Below, piece after piece: positions 46,783 through 56,701 of a stretch of DNA of 64,000 nucleotides. Under the pieces are notes generated by a model. It was not told where the DNA came from and did not search any database. It was given only the letters and a program-made list of their open reading frames with translations. A program made the translations under genes and the position numbers. Numbering within the stretch: the first letter of the stretch is position 1; the number at the start of each line of letters is the position of its first letter. This DNA is from an uncultured Gammaproteobacteria bacterium. GTDB lineage: Bacteria; Patescibacteriota; Microgenomatia; Levybacterales; UBA12049. Where the stretch lies: assembly GCA_964490105.1 (NCBI GenBank), contig CAZAZU010000001.1:646245-710244 (forward strand), read 5' to 3'.

Positions 46783-47844
46783 TTACAAACTTCTTTTAAT
46801 CTCTTGGGCAAGCAGCGGATTCCACATGGCACCAGTCGCACTCATCACTGCGTCAGCCCCTTTAGATTTGTATTCAAAATATTCCTTTGCAAGAGTTACT
46901 CCGCCCACGCCAATTATTGCGAAATTTAAACCTAACTCTCCTCTTAATCCGTATAACCTTTCAGTCATTTCTAGCCCTGCCCATTTAATTGGATACCCGC
47001 ATGTTCCAGATTTTAATCTCATAGGCCCTCCCGGCAAAGCCTGCTCACCATTTTCTTTATAAACTTTTGCTGGAATTGTATTAATAGCTGAAATCCCCTG
47101 AACCATCTTTCCCACAGATTTGATTAATTTCCCTAGATGTTTCTGGTCCTCAAAATATGCAATTTTAATAATTAAAGGAGTATTTCCAATTTCATTTTTA
47201 ATAGCCTCAACTATTTCAACCGTCCTTGGAACATCAAAGCAAACCAAATGAGAAGATCCTTCGTTTGGACAAGAAAGATTTACCTCCATAACTTTTACTC
47301 CAGTTTTTTTTACCAACTTAGCAGCTAGAGCATAATCTTTAATAAATTTATTTACGTCTCCTTCAGTGGTACCCTGAAAACTCCCAATCACAATTTGTCC
47401 ATTCTTTGCATGCTTTACAGATTTGGCAAGGTCCCTTTGCCAAACTTCTGGATCCATAGATGGAACACCAAATGAATTAGTAACAGCTAAAGGATTTCCG
47501 TAATTTTGATTTCCAATGACTCCCTTTTCTGCCATTTCTAAAGTAAGATCTCCTTTAACTTTTACAGCTAAGACATTTGGCCATTCATTTGATAAACGGA
47601 ATTTAGTTCTAACAGTTTTATATTCCACCAGATCAAAACCTTTATCTAGAGCTGCATTTACATATTTAGAATTTAATAATGGACCGGCTGGAATTCCAAA
47701 AGGAGTAAAAACTGGAAGACCAAATAAATAATGATCTGGCTTACCTTTCTCTTTATAAACTTTTTTATTTGCGAATTCTCCAAAGGGGCCTTTTTTATAA
47801 TTTTCTTCGTAAGTTTTTAGAGGGTCAAAAAATGGCTTTAACAT
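46783..47844 (-). CDS. Dihydroorotate dehydrogenase-like FMN protein
   Basis: PFGIPAG, YKTV, NSFG, EVNLSCPN, INT, GVGGV. Confidence 0.75.
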   Translation of the reverse strand: MLKPFFDPLKTYEENYKKGPFGEFANKKVYKEKGKPDHYLFGLPVFTPFGIPAGPLLNSKYVNAALDKGFDLVEYKTVRTKFRLSNEWPNVLAVKVKGDLTLEMAEKGVIGNQNYGNPLAVTNSFGVPSMDPEVWQRDLAKSVKHAKNGQIVIGSFQGTTEGDVNKFIKDYALAAKLVKKTGVKVMEVNLSCPNEGSSHLVCFDVPRTVEIVEAIKNEIGNTPLIIKIAYFEDQKHLGKLIKSVGKMVQGISAINTIPAKVYKENGEQALPGGPMRLKSGTCGYPIKWAGLEMTERLYGLRGELGLNFAIIGVGGVTLAKEYFEYKSKGADAVMSATGAMWNPLLAQEIKRSL

Positions 47845-47852
47845 CCCGAAAA

Positions 47853-48887
47853 TTATAGCACTTTTCCAAATCCCGGTTCTACGTGAAATTGTCCATTTTC
47901 AAAAACTAATTTTTTTCTTATTAAGACTTTTTTTACTTTTCCTTTTAATTTCCAGTTTTCATATGGGGACCATTTGCATTTTGCTTGTAGCTCCAGACCT
48001 CTAACAGTCCATTCTTCATTTTCATCAACTTCTATTTCTGCATCCTGTTTTATTCCAAATATTTCAGAAGGCCCGTCATGACAAAGACGTTTTATTTCTT
48101 CAATAGAAATCAAACCATGGGATTCTGCTGTAAAAAGCAAACCTAAAGTTGTCTCTAAATTAGGGACTCCAAATGGCGGCTTATCAGATTCCTTTTCTTC
48201 TTTTATATGAGGAGCATGATCTGATTCGATTAAATCAATATACTTTAAATTTTTAAATGCAAAATCTGAAAAACCATCATAAACTGGAGGCTTCATCATG
48301 CCATATGATTTTAAACGCTTAACATCTTTTTCAGTTAAAAATAAATGATGCGGAGTAACCCCGCAGGAAATACGTAAACCTTTTTTCTTTGCAAGAATAA
48401 TTTTTTCTAATTCTTCTCTACTTGAAACGTGACAAATATGAGTTTTCTTTTTTGTCTCTTCGCAAACTTTTATTACCAAATCTATAACATCTTCTTCTGC
48501 ATGAACCAAAATCGGTTTATCAACATTCCATGCATTATATACTTCAAACAAACTTTTACTATTAATAATAAATCCGCCTGTTGTTTGATTAAGGTAAAGC
48601 TTTAGACCAAAAACTTTATCATAAATTTTTTCAAATTCCGATAAATTATCTCCAAGGGATCCAAAATAAAATCCAATATCTGAAACGATTTCTTTTTTTG
48701 CAATTTCTATTTTTTCATCCAAACGATCAATTGTTGTAATTGGATTTAAATTATTCGGCATATCTATAACAGCCATAAACCCACCAGCAACTGCAGCCTT
48801 GGTACCTGTTAAAAAATCTTCTTTATGGGTTTGCCCAGGGGTACGGAAGTGGACATGCGGATCAATAAGCCCTGGAAGTTTTATCAT
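47853..48887 (-). CDS. pyrC: Dihydroorotase
   Basis: DPHVHFR.PG, DMPN, HAE, HICHVS, PHHL, SDHAPH. Confidence 0.88.
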   Translation of the reverse strand: MIKLPGLIDPHVHFRTPGQTHKEDFLTGTKAAVAGGFMAVIDMPNNLNPITTIDRLDEKIEIAKKEIVSDIGFYFGSLGDNLSEFEKIYDKVFGLKLYLNQTTGGFIINSKSLFEVYNAWNVDKPILVHAEEDVIDLVIKVCEETKKKTHICHVSSREELEKIILAKKKGLRISCGVTPHHLFLTEKDVKRLKSYGMMKPPVYDGFSDFAFKNLKYIDLIESDHAPHIKEEKESDKPPFGVPNLETTLGLLFTAESHGLISIEEIKRLCHDGPSEIFGIKQDAEIEVDENEEWTVRGLELQAKCKWSPYENWKLKGKVKKVLIRKKLVFENGQFHVEPGFGKVL

Positions 48888-49423
48888 TTATCAAGCTCTT
48901 CGTTTATATAATCTATCGCTTCTTGTGGAGTTTTTCTAAAAACTATATAGTCCCGCATATCAAAAGCGTTAAATTTATCATCCTCCATTTTTTTAAATTG
49001 CGTTCTTAATCCTTCATAAAAATTATCAGTGTCCAAAACTACAATTGGTTTTTCATGATGCTTTTGTCTTTTAAGCTCTGCTATATGAAGAAGCTCATCC
49101 AGAGTTCCAAGTCCGCCTACTAATGCGACTATAGCAACTGCTTTATCAAGCATTATCAATTTCCTATCTCCTAAGTCTTTTGCAAGAATCATTTCGCTTA
49201 CGTCTTTTCTAGCAAGCTTATGAAAAACCTGCATCGAAACACCAATTACTTCCCCACCATTTTTTCTAACCTCGTCCGCTACTACTTTCATGAGCCCTGT
49301 ATCAGTCCCTCCAAAAACCAAATGATATCCATGCTCAACTAGAAGCCTTGAAAACTCCTTCGCAGGCTCTATATATTTAGAATCCAGATCGCGGGATGAG
49401 CAAAAAACAGCAATATATTTCAT
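48884..49423 (-). CDS. LOG-family nucleotide monophosphate phosphoribohydrolase
   Basis: VFGG..GLM, RK..M, GGLGTLDEL, KPIV. Confidence 0.88.
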   Translation of the reverse strand: MKYIAVFCSSRDLDSKYIEPAKEFSRLLVEHGYHLVFGGTDTGLMKVVADEVRKNGGEVIGVSMQVFHKLARKDVSEMILAKDLGDRKLIMLDKAVAIVALVGGLGTLDELLHIAELKRQKHHEKPIVVLDTDNFYEGLRTQFKKMEDDKFNAFDMRDYIVFRKTPQEAIDYINEELDK

Positions 49424-49440
49424 TGGGAAATTATAACAGA

Positions 49441-50322
49441 TTAGAACCAGCCGGATTTTTTCTTACTATTATCAAACTCTCGAAGAATTTCTTTCTGGTG
49501 CGAAGATAAGCTCTTCGGAACAACGACTTTTATTTGAACGTAATGATCGCCTTTTCCCCGTCCCGACACGCTTGGTATTCCTTTTTGCGAAAGTCTAATT
49601 ACCGTATTTGGCTGTGTTCCTGATGGAATCTTTAGCTTCACAACTCCCTCAACTGTTTTTACTTCGATTTCTGTTCCAAGTGCTGCCTGGGGAAATGTAA
49701 TCTCTTCTTCAGTTACCACATCATTTCCCTCTCTTTTAAATCTCTTATCAGGTTTTACCTCTACTAAAATATCGTAGCTACCAAATCTCACTCGCTGTCC
49801 ATTATCAATTCCTGCAGGAATTTTTACTGTTTGGGTTTTTCCCTCAACCGTTATTCTTTTCGTAACTCCCTTAACAGCATCCATAAAGTCAATTGCTAAA
49901 GAATAAACCGGACGTCTTTCTCGTCTTCCGAAAGGATTTCCTCCACCAAAAAACTGCTCAAAAATTTCAAATGGATCTGCTCCACCACCGAAATCAAAAC
50001 CGCCGGCATTCCCTCCAGTAGTATATGTGTATGAAAATGGACCGCCACCTGAGAATGGATTTCCGCCTCCTCCAAATGGCCCACCCTGACCAGCTCCCTG
50101 CTCAAATGCAGCATGACCAAATTGATCGTATGATTGTCTCTTCGCTGGATCTGATAAGACTTCATAAGCCTTAGTTACTTCCTTAAATTTTTCCTCAGAA
50201 GTCTTATCTCCTTTGTTTCTATCCGGGTGGTGCTCTAATGCTAGTTTTCTATATGCCTTTTTTATGTCTGCATCCGTAGCATTTTTTGTAATTCCCAGAA
50301 CCTGATAGTAGTCTTTTGCCAT
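49441..50322 (-). CDS. dnaJ: DnaJ-family co-chaperone (type II, no zinc finger)
   Basis: J domain with HPD, G/F-rich region, C-terminal domains, no CxxCxGxG. Confidence 0.88.
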   Translation of the reverse strand: MAKDYYQVLGITKNATDADIKKAYRKLALEHHPDRNKGDKTSEEKFKEVTKAYEVLSDPAKRQSYDQFGHAAFEQGAGQGGPFGGGGNPFSGGGPFSYTYTTGGNAGGFDFGGGADPFEIFEQFFGGGNPFGRRERRPVYSLAIDFMDAVKGVTKRITVEGKTQTVKIPAGIDNGQRVRFGSYDILVEVKPDKRFKREGNDVVTEEEITFPQAALGTEIEVKTVEGVVKLKIPSGTQPNTVIRLSQKGIPSVSGRGKGDHYVQIKVVVPKSLSSHQKEILREFDNSKKKSGWF

Positions 50323-50451
50323 CCCTTTATTCTACCATTTTTCGAGCCTAAATTAAAGCTAAACGAAGCATTTTATTGCTAAATTCTAGCAATACTTTTA
50401 TATATTTCCCATAATTTAGGATTAAGCTATTCATATGAAAGGAGGTGTAGC

Positions 50452-50730
50452 ATGTTAAGCATTATACTTTGGGTACTATTTGGAGCTATAGTTGGATTTA
50501 TCGCTGACTATATCGACAGATCCGTTGAGTTAGGCTGGATGGAAAGAGTTGTTGTAGGAATCGTGGGAGCAGTAGTTGGAGGTTCAATTGCACAATTACT
50601 AACAACCGGCACTCTTGGGCTAACCGCAGCTGCAAGCTTTGATCTTGTATCAATGATCGTTGCAATTCTCGGTGCGCTCGGATCATTATTTGTTTGGAAA
50701 AGAGTTAGAGGAACAAGAAGCCTCGCCTAA
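50452..50730 (+). CDS. GlsB/YeaQ/YmgE transglycosylase-associated membrane protein
   Basis: W..FGAIVG.IA, VVGIVGA.VGG; strong SD AAAGGAGGTG. Confidence 0.88.
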   Translation: MLSIILWVLFGAIVGFIADYIDRSVELGWMERVVVGIVGAVVGGSIAQLLTTGTLGLTAAASFDLVSMIVAILGALGSLFVWKRVRGTRSLA

Positions 50731-50734
50731 AACT

Positions 50735-50781
50735 AAAACCCACCTGGTCTTACTATTAATAAGGAGATTCGGGTGGGTTTT
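50735..50781. terminator. Bidirectional intrinsic terminator
   Basis: AAAACCCACCTG...CGGGTGGGTTTT between convergent genes. Confidence 0.75.
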
Positions 50782-50788
50782 ATCTGGG

Positions 50789-52555
50789 TTATTTTACGGT
50801 TACGCTTTTTGCAAGATTTCGAGGCTTATCAGGATCGTAATTTTTAAATAAGGCCAGGTAATAAGATATCAGCTGAGCTGGTAAAATTTGCGCAATATAA
50901 CTTCCGTCTTCAATATCCTTTACCTCTATAAAATAATCAAAAACATCATTATTTTTATGGCTTATTCCAATCATAACTCCGCCTCTAGCTTTAATTTCCA
51001 TAGCATTTGAAATAATAGCGCCATATGTTTCATCATTTGGAGCAAATACAACGACTGGTGTACCTTTAGAAATTAAGGCTATCGGTCCATGCTTTAATTC
51101 TCCGCCAGCGAGACCCTCTGCATGTAGATAACTTACTTCTCTGATTTTAAGCGCCATTTCAAGCGCTGAAGGATATGAAGTACCTCTGCCAATTATGAAA
51201 ATATGCTCTTTAGAATTAAGAAATGATGCTACTTTTTTAATATTTTCCAGGCTTTCCTCGCCAAGTATTCTTCTAATCTCCCTTGCTCCCTTTTCGACCA
51301 ATTCTTTTCCTTTCGCGACTTCGCCTTTCATCGCATATGAAAGCATAAGAAGAATTGATAATTTCGCAAGATAAACTTTAGTTGAAGCTACCGCTTTCTC
51401 TGATCCTGCTCCCAAAAGCATTTTTTCATCGCTCATTCTATAAATGGTTGAGCCTTTTACATTAGTTATCGCAATTATTTTACTGCCTTTCTTCTTAGCT
51501 CTTTGAAGAGGTTCAACTACGTCTATTGTTTCACCGGATTGAGAAAGCGCAATTACCAAACTTCTGTCAGTTAAAAAATCCTCTAGATAATTAAATTCTG
51601 AGGCTGGAGCTGTATTAACGTGAACTTTTGCAATTCTTGAAAATAAATATGTTCCGCCGAGACATGCAAAAAAAGCAGTTCCTGCTCCGATGAAATAAGT
51701 GCCGTATGCTTTTTTAATATTTGCTCCCAATTTTTCGATTTGCTCAGAATAATTTTTAGCGATATTCTCTAGGACTTCCGGCTGTTCGTTTATTTCCTTA
51801 ATCATATAGTGAGGAAATTTTCCCATTCCCTCTTCCTTAAGTGCTTTTTCTAAAGTTTCTAAGTTTGGCTCTACGCTTAATCCGTCAGGAAGGGAAAATA
51901 ACTGAAGACTCTTTCCGACAACTACCATTTCATGGTCTTTAATAAAGAGTGCTTTGTCGGTATGAACTGCTACGCCATTTGGATCTGAAGAAATATAAAA
52001 GGCGTCCTGCCCTACTCCTACTACTAAAGGAGAGCCGGTTTTTGCAGCTGCAATTTCATTTGTTTTGGTATTTATCGCAACAATTGCATTTAGTCCTTTT
52101 ATAGAATTAAAAGCTATCCTAAAAGCATCTGTAAAATTTAGATCTTCAGTATTTATAAATTCTTCTATGAGATGAGGAAATATTTCTGTGTCTGTTTCTG
52201 AATGAAATTTGTGGCCTTTTTTCAAAAGATCATCTTTTATCTCTTTATAATTTTCAATAATTCCGTTATGCACAACTGCAATATTTTCGCTGCAGTCTAA
52301 ATGCGGATGTGAATTTTCCTGTGTTACTCCTCCGTGAGTCGCCCAGCGAGTATGACCTATTCCAATTTCACTTTCTGGTAGATTTACTTTAGCGTCTCCT
52401 ATTTTTCCTACATGCTTTTCTACTCTAATTTTATCTCCTGCTTTTACTGCAATTCCCCATGAATCATAGCCTCGATATTCCAAAAGCTTAAGTCCATCTA
52501 GGACCATATTAGGCGTGTCTGTGGATTTCCCTACGTAACCAAATATACCGCACAT
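50789..52555 (-). CDS. glmS: Glutamine--fructose-6-phosphate aminotransferase
   Basis: MCGIFG start, LEYRGYDS, GHTRWATHG, SQSGET, PRNLAKSVT. Confidence 0.97.
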   Translation of the reverse strand: MCGIFGYVGKSTDTPNMVLDGLKLLEYRGYDSWGIAVKAGDKIRVEKHVGKIGDAKVNLPESEIGIGHTRWATHGGVTQENSHPHLDCSENIAVVHNGIIENYKEIKDDLLKKGHKFHSETDTEIFPHLIEEFINTEDLNFTDAFRIAFNSIKGLNAIVAINTKTNEIAAAKTGSPLVVGVGQDAFYISSDPNGVAVHTDKALFIKDHEMVVVGKSLQLFSLPDGLSVEPNLETLEKALKEEGMGKFPHYMIKEINEQPEVLENIAKNYSEQIEKLGANIKKAYGTYFIGAGTAFFACLGGTYLFSRIAKVHVNTAPASEFNYLEDFLTDRSLVIALSQSGETIDVVEPLQRAKKKGSKIIAITNVKGSTIYRMSDEKMLLGAGSEKAVASTKVYLAKLSILLMLSYAMKGEVAKGKELVEKGAREIRRILGEESLENIKKVASFLNSKEHIFIIGRGTSYPSALEMALKIREVSYLHAEGLAGGELKHGPIALISKGTPVVVFAPNDETYGAIISNAMEIKARGGVMIGISHKNNDVFDYFIEVKDIEDGSYIAQILPAQLISYYLALFKNYDPDKPRNLAKSVTVK

Positions 52556-52562
52556 AAACAAA

Positions 52563-52660
52563 ATGAATCATGAAGTGTGAATCATGAATCAAGCCTCAGT
52601 ATTATAGCAAAAAAGCGCTCCAGCGCGCTCGTAATTCATAATTCTTGCTTCTTAATTCTA
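52563..52660. repeat. Two inverted heptamer arrays flanking a terminator and the glmS -10
   Basis: ATGAATC-type x4 (52563-90) and AATTCAT-type x4 (52633-60). Confidence 0.65.
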
Positions 52661-54568
52661 GTTTACTACTTCGCCTTCGACTGGCTCATCAGGATTCGCT
52701 TTTTTCTCTTCTTCCTTTGGAGCTTCTGCATTAGTTGAATCAGAAGCGTCTTCCGCTGCTGGAGCTTCAGGATTCTGACTTTGATTCATTTGCTGTCCTA
52801 TTTTCTGAAGGCTTTCTGATAATTCATTTGTTTTTGCTTCAATCTCTTCTTTATTCTCAGAGTTCAAAACATCTTTTAAGGCTTTGATCTTATCTTCAAC
52901 TTCAGTCTTTAGCTCTGCGGGAACTTTATCTCCAGCGTCTTTAAGACTTTTTTCAGCTGTAAAGATAAGTGAATCAGCCTGATTTTTAGCCTCAACCATT
53001 GCTTTTTTCTCTTCGTCTTCTTTAGCATGAGCCTCAGCGTCTTTTGTCATCTTATCGATTTCTTCATCTGTCAAACCCGTAGAACCGGTTATTTTAATGC
53101 TCTGTTCTTTTCCGGAAGCCTTATCTTGTGCTTTTACATTTAATATTCCTGAAGCATCTATATCGAAAGTAACTTCTATTTGTGGTACTCCACGAGGAGC
53201 TGGTGGAATTCCATCAAGAATGAAACGTCCTAAAGACTTATTATCTGCGGCCATTGCGCGCTCTCCCTGAAGAACATTAATTTCCACTTGAGTCTGATTG
53301 TCTGCAGCAGTTGAGAAAACTTGAGATTTAGAAGTAGGGATTGTTGTATTTTTTGAAATAAGCGGAGTTGAAACTGATCCTAAAGTCTCAATTCCAAGAG
53401 TAAGCGGAGTAACATCCAAAAGTAAAACGTCTTTTACTTCTCCGCCTAGTACTCCAGCTTGAACAGCAGCTCCAACGGCTACAACCTCATCAGGATTTAC
53501 TGACTTATTTGGCTCTTTTCCAAAGAATTTGGTCACTACTTCAACAATCTTTGGCATTCTAGTCATTCCTCCGACCAGAACTATTTCATCAATTTCATTT
53601 ATTTTTACTTTTGCATCTTTTAGAGCCTGCTCTACTGGCTTTAAAGTCTTTTGAACTAACGGATCTACTATCTGCTCAAGCTTTGCGCGAGTAAGAGTCA
53701 TAGTGAGATGAAGCGGACCATTTTCACCCTGTGTAATAAATGGCTGGTTAATTTGAGCTTCTTGAGATGTAGATAATTCAATCTTAGCTTTTTCTGCTGA
53801 TTCTCTAAGACGCTGCAGCGCTTGTGGGTCTTTTTTAAGATCTACATTATTCTCTTTTTTAAATTCTTCAGCTAAGTAGTCAATAATTGCCTGGTCAAAA
53901 TCGTCTCCTCCAAGGTGAGTATCTCCATTTGTAGACTTAACTTCATATACTCCTTCTCCTAGTTCAAGAATTGAGATATCAAAAGTTCCTCCTCCGAAAT
54001 CATAGACGGCAATAGTATGTGCGTTTTTCTTATCAAGTCCATATGCAAGGGCTGCAGCGGTTGGCTCATTAATAATACGCAGTACTTCAAGGCCTGCGAT
54101 TTCTCCTGCCTGTTTCGTAGCTTGACGCTGGGAATCATCAAAGTAAGCTGGCACTGTAATTACAGCCTGCGTTACTTTATCTCCAAGATATGCTTCTGCA
54201 TCAGCTTTTATTTTCTGAAGAATCATAGCGCTTACTTCCTGCGGAGTTAAAGTTTTTCCATCAACTTCAACTGTAGCCATTCCTTCTCTTCCTTCTTTAA
54301 TGGTGTATGGAAGCCATTTAGAATCAAACTGAACACTCTCATCCTTAAACTTCTTACCCATAAGTCTTTTAATAGAAAAGATGGTGTTCTTTGGTTTTAG
54401 AACTAGCTGACGTTTTGCAACATCTCCCACAACGTGACTTACTGGATCCACAACTGAAGGAATAGTGTTACGTCCTTCTCTTGAGTGAATCACTTTTGGT
54501 GCTCCACCTTCCATTACGGCTACACATGAATTTGTTGTACCTAAATCAATTCCAATTATTTTTGCCAT
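52658..54568 (-). CDS. dnaK: Chaperone DnaK
   Basis: [36 protein letters not shown]. Confidence 0.98.
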   Translation of the reverse strand: MAKIIGIDLGTTNSCVAVMEGGAPKVIHSREGRNTIPSVVDPVSHVVGDVAKRQLVLKPKNTIFSIKRLMGKKFKDESVQFDSKWLPYTIKEGREGMATVEVDGKTLTPQEVSAMILQKIKADAEAYLGDKVTQAVITVPAYFDDSQRQATKQAGEIAGLEVLRIINEPTAAALAYGLDKKNAHTIAVYDFGGGTFDISILELGEGVYEVKSTNGDTHLGGDDFDQAIIDYLAEEFKKENNVDLKKDPQALQRLRESAEKAKIELSTSQEAQINQPFITQGENGPLHLTMTLTRAKLEQIVDPLVQKTLKPVEQALKDAKVKINEIDEIVLVGGMTRMPKIVEVVTKFFGKEPNKSVNPDEVVAVGAAVQAGVLGGEVKDVLLLDVTPLTLGIETLGSVSTPLISKNTTIPTSKSQVFSTAADNQTQVEINVLQGERAMAADNKSLGRFILDGIPPAPRGVPQIEVTFDIDASGILNVKAQDKASGKEQSIKITGSTGLTDEEIDKMTKDAEAHAKEDEEKKAMVEAKNQADSLIFTAEKSLKDAGDKVPAELKTEVEDKIKALKDVLNSENKEEIEAKTNELSESLQKIGQQMNQSQNPEAPAAEDASDSTNAEAPKEEEKKANPDEPVEGEVVN

Positions 54569-54580
54569 AGTTTAAAAATA

Positions 54581-54657
54581 TTTATTATTTATAATTTACT
54601 ATTTATTATTTACGACTATCAAATGATCAATCATAAATGATAAATGGTCAATTAGTT
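54581..54657. repeat. Two opposed heptamer arrays filling grpE-dnaK spacer
   Basis: TTTATTA TTTATAA TTTACTA TTTATTA TTTACGA, then ATGATCA ATCATAA ATGATAA ATGGTCA ATTAGTT. Confidence 0.7.
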
Positions 54658-55140
54658 TCTTTGCTTTACAGAACCTCCTACTATAACCTGAGCAGGCCTA
54701 AGAACTGTATCGTTTATTTTAAATCCAGCTCTTACCTCTTCAAGTATTTTATCTTCTGTTCCTTCTTGCACCGAAACACATTCCATCAGATTTGGATCGA
54801 AATCTCTGCCCGCGGTTTCGATCCTTTGAACTCCTTCTTCTGAAAGAGCGTCTAAAAATTTCTGTATAGAAAGATTTAAACCATCATTCTGAATATGTTT
54901 CTGTGCAAGAAATAGATTATCTAAAACTGGTAAAAGTTTCAAGATCAAATCTTTATTTGATGCCATTATCCATGCACTTTTTTCTTCTGTTATCCGTCTT
55001 TCAAGATTTTGATAATCAGCAAGTGCTCTTTTTAATTGATTTTCAAGGTTCTTTAACTGTTCGTCGTTTTCTACGACTTGCTCTTCAATTATTTCTTCTT
55101 CATTTGAATTCTGATTTGCAGAATCATTTTTCTTTGCCAT
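54652..55140 (-). CDS. grpE: Nucleotide exchange factor GrpE
   Basis: RALADYQN, LLPVLDN, FDP, LRPAQV. Confidence 0.95.
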   Translation of the reverse strand: MAKKNDSANQNSNEEEIIEEQVVENDEQLKNLENQLKRALADYQNLERRITEEKSAWIMASNKDLILKLLPVLDNLFLAQKHIQNDGLNLSIQKFLDALSEEGVQRIETAGRDFDPNLMECVSVQEGTEDKILEEVRAGFKINDTVLRPAQVIVGGSVKQRN

Positions 55141-55142
55141 CT

Positions 55143-55874
55143 TTACCATCCCTTCGCAACTTCTTCAATTAAATTTCCAAAATACCTAACTGTCGGCACA
55201 ACCTGAGTATAGTTTAACCTGGTCGGGCCAATTACTCCGATTTCTCCTCCGCCATGTTCCTGCGTTGTATACTTTTTAAACACAAATCCATATGGACCTG
55301 CCAATCTTGGACCAAGATCCTCTCCCATAAGAACTTGAATTTCATTGTCCTCCCCAGCAGCTGCAAAAAGCGTTCTTATGCATTCAAATTCATCTATCGC
55401 TGAAAGCAAAGTTTTCGTTATATCTATATCGAAAAACTCTGGCATCTCTAATAAATTTGCATACCCTGAGATGAAATATTCTCCTGAATCTGTTGCTGCA
55501 ATTGCGATTGTTCCTGTTTTATTTGCAAGCGCACGGGTTACTTCTTTAAGAAACTCAGTTTCTTTATTTCTTATGTCCCAAACCTTCTCTTTCATCGAAA
55601 CTTCTTCTGCAACAGAAAGATCCTTTTCTTTCATAAGCTGCTTAACATAAAATTTCATAGCAGCTGGAGTGGGAACTCTTCCTGAAGAAATGTGAGTCTT
55701 TTTCAAGTAACCGTAATCGGTTAATCTCACCATTTCATTTCTGATTGTTGCAGGCGAAGCTGAGAGAGAATGTTTCTTCTCAAGAGTCTCAGAGCCTACT
55801 GGTTCTGCCGTTTCAATGTACTCCTCAATTAGAGACTTTAAAATCTCTATTTGACGTTGTGTCAAATCATGCAT
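55143..55874 (-). CDS. hrcA: Heat-inducible repressor HrcA (short)
   Basis: YI.TAEPVGS, SPATIRNEM, SSGRVPT, GVIGPTR.NY. Confidence 0.93.
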   Translation of the reverse strand: MHDLTQRQIEILKSLIEEYIETAEPVGSETLEKKHSLSASPATIRNEMVRLTDYGYLKKTHISSGRVPTPAAMKFYVKQLMKEKDLSVAEEVSMKEKVWDIRNKETEFLKEVTRALANKTGTIAIAATDSGEYFISGYANLLEMPEFFDIDITKTLLSAIDEFECIRTLFAAAGEDNEIQVLMGEDLGPRLAGPYGFVFKKYTTQEHGGGEIGVIGPTRLNYTQVVPTVRYFGNLIEEVAKGW

Positions 55875-55892
55875 AACTTGTAAAAATCTAGA

Positions 55893-55919
55893 TTAGCAGT
55901 AATATAGCACGTCTGCTAA
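55893..55919 (-). promoter_or_regulatory. CIRCE-like operator overlapping hrcA promoter
   Basis: Minus strand TTAGCAGAC-N9-TACTGCTAA; overlaps TTGACA-17-TATATT. Confidence 0.8.
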
Positions 55920-55920
55920 T

Positions 55921-56235
55921 TCATGTCAAGAGGTTTAATGCAATTTGTAATAATCCTAGAAAAAAAGGCAACAGAATCACCGCGGCATTTAATATGACTA
56001 GTATTATGGTAATCTTTATTTTTTTATCTTTAGTGTTTGTAAAATATAAAATAAATGAGCACAAAAATGCACTCACTAATGTAGCGCTAGAGATCCAAAT
56101 GACTAAACCTGTAAAAAACGTAGATAAACTACCCGAATTACCTAACTGTTGAAATAACAAATATGAAGAGAGGAATGATAAAAATACTGTCAAAATTATT
56201 ACAGCAGTGTTAATTAAAATATTTTGGAAAATCAT
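55921..56235 (-). CDS. Small multi-TM membrane protein
   Basis: Three hydrophobic segments. Confidence 0.55.
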   Translation of the reverse strand: MIFQNILINTAVIILTVFLSFLSSYLLFQQLGNSGSLSTFFTGLVIWISSATLVSAFLCSFILYFTNTKDKKIKITIILVILNAAVILLPFFLGLLQIALNLLT

Positions 56236-56300
56236 AGCCGCGTTATGTAAATAGTTACAAATGCTAAGGTTAAAGTCAATTTCTTGCTATACTAAGTCTT

Positions 56301-56675
56301 GTGGAGAATTTAGCAAAGACAAGAAAAAAAGTACGCCCTATTGCCAGAAAAAGACATAACTATATTTATTTGCTAATCTCGGTTTTACTAGGAATAATAA
56401 TTTCATATTTATTTGTAAATTTTTCCCCTTTCCATAAATTTCAAATTTCAAATTTATCACTCCCTATTCTTCCTGTCTTCTTTGCATCTCTTGGACTTCT
56501 AATTTTTTCACTATCTACTTTTATATTTATAGGAAAACAACATGGTGTAATAATTACCCTAATAATTCTTGGATATTTACTAATGCGCTTAATCGGTCTC
56601 ACCCACTGGATATTTTTAATCCTATCAATCGCATTATTAATTACAATCGAACTTTTTATTATTAAGAAAAAATAG
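56301..56675 (+). CDS. Multi-TM membrane protein
   Basis: Four hydrophobic segments; TATACT 7 nt before GTG. Confidence 0.65.
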   Translation: MENLAKTRKKVRPIARKRHNYIYLLISVLLGIIISYLFVNFSPFHKFQISNLSLPILPVFFASLGLLIFSLSTFIFIGKQHGVIITLIILGYLLMRLIGLTHWIFLILSIALLITIELFIIKKK

Positions 56676-56701
56676 CCTCCTCTGATATAATCAAACCTAA
56701 G

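Noticed and set aside
50374-50394. TATTGCTA-AATTC-TAGCAATA palindrome near dnaJ as a CIRCE
   Set aside because: Arms are inverted relative to CIRCE and the spacing is wrong; could be another operator but unsupported
52556-52657. glmS ribozyme upstream of glmS
   Set aside because: Leader is about 40 nt of heptamer repeats with no ribozyme core
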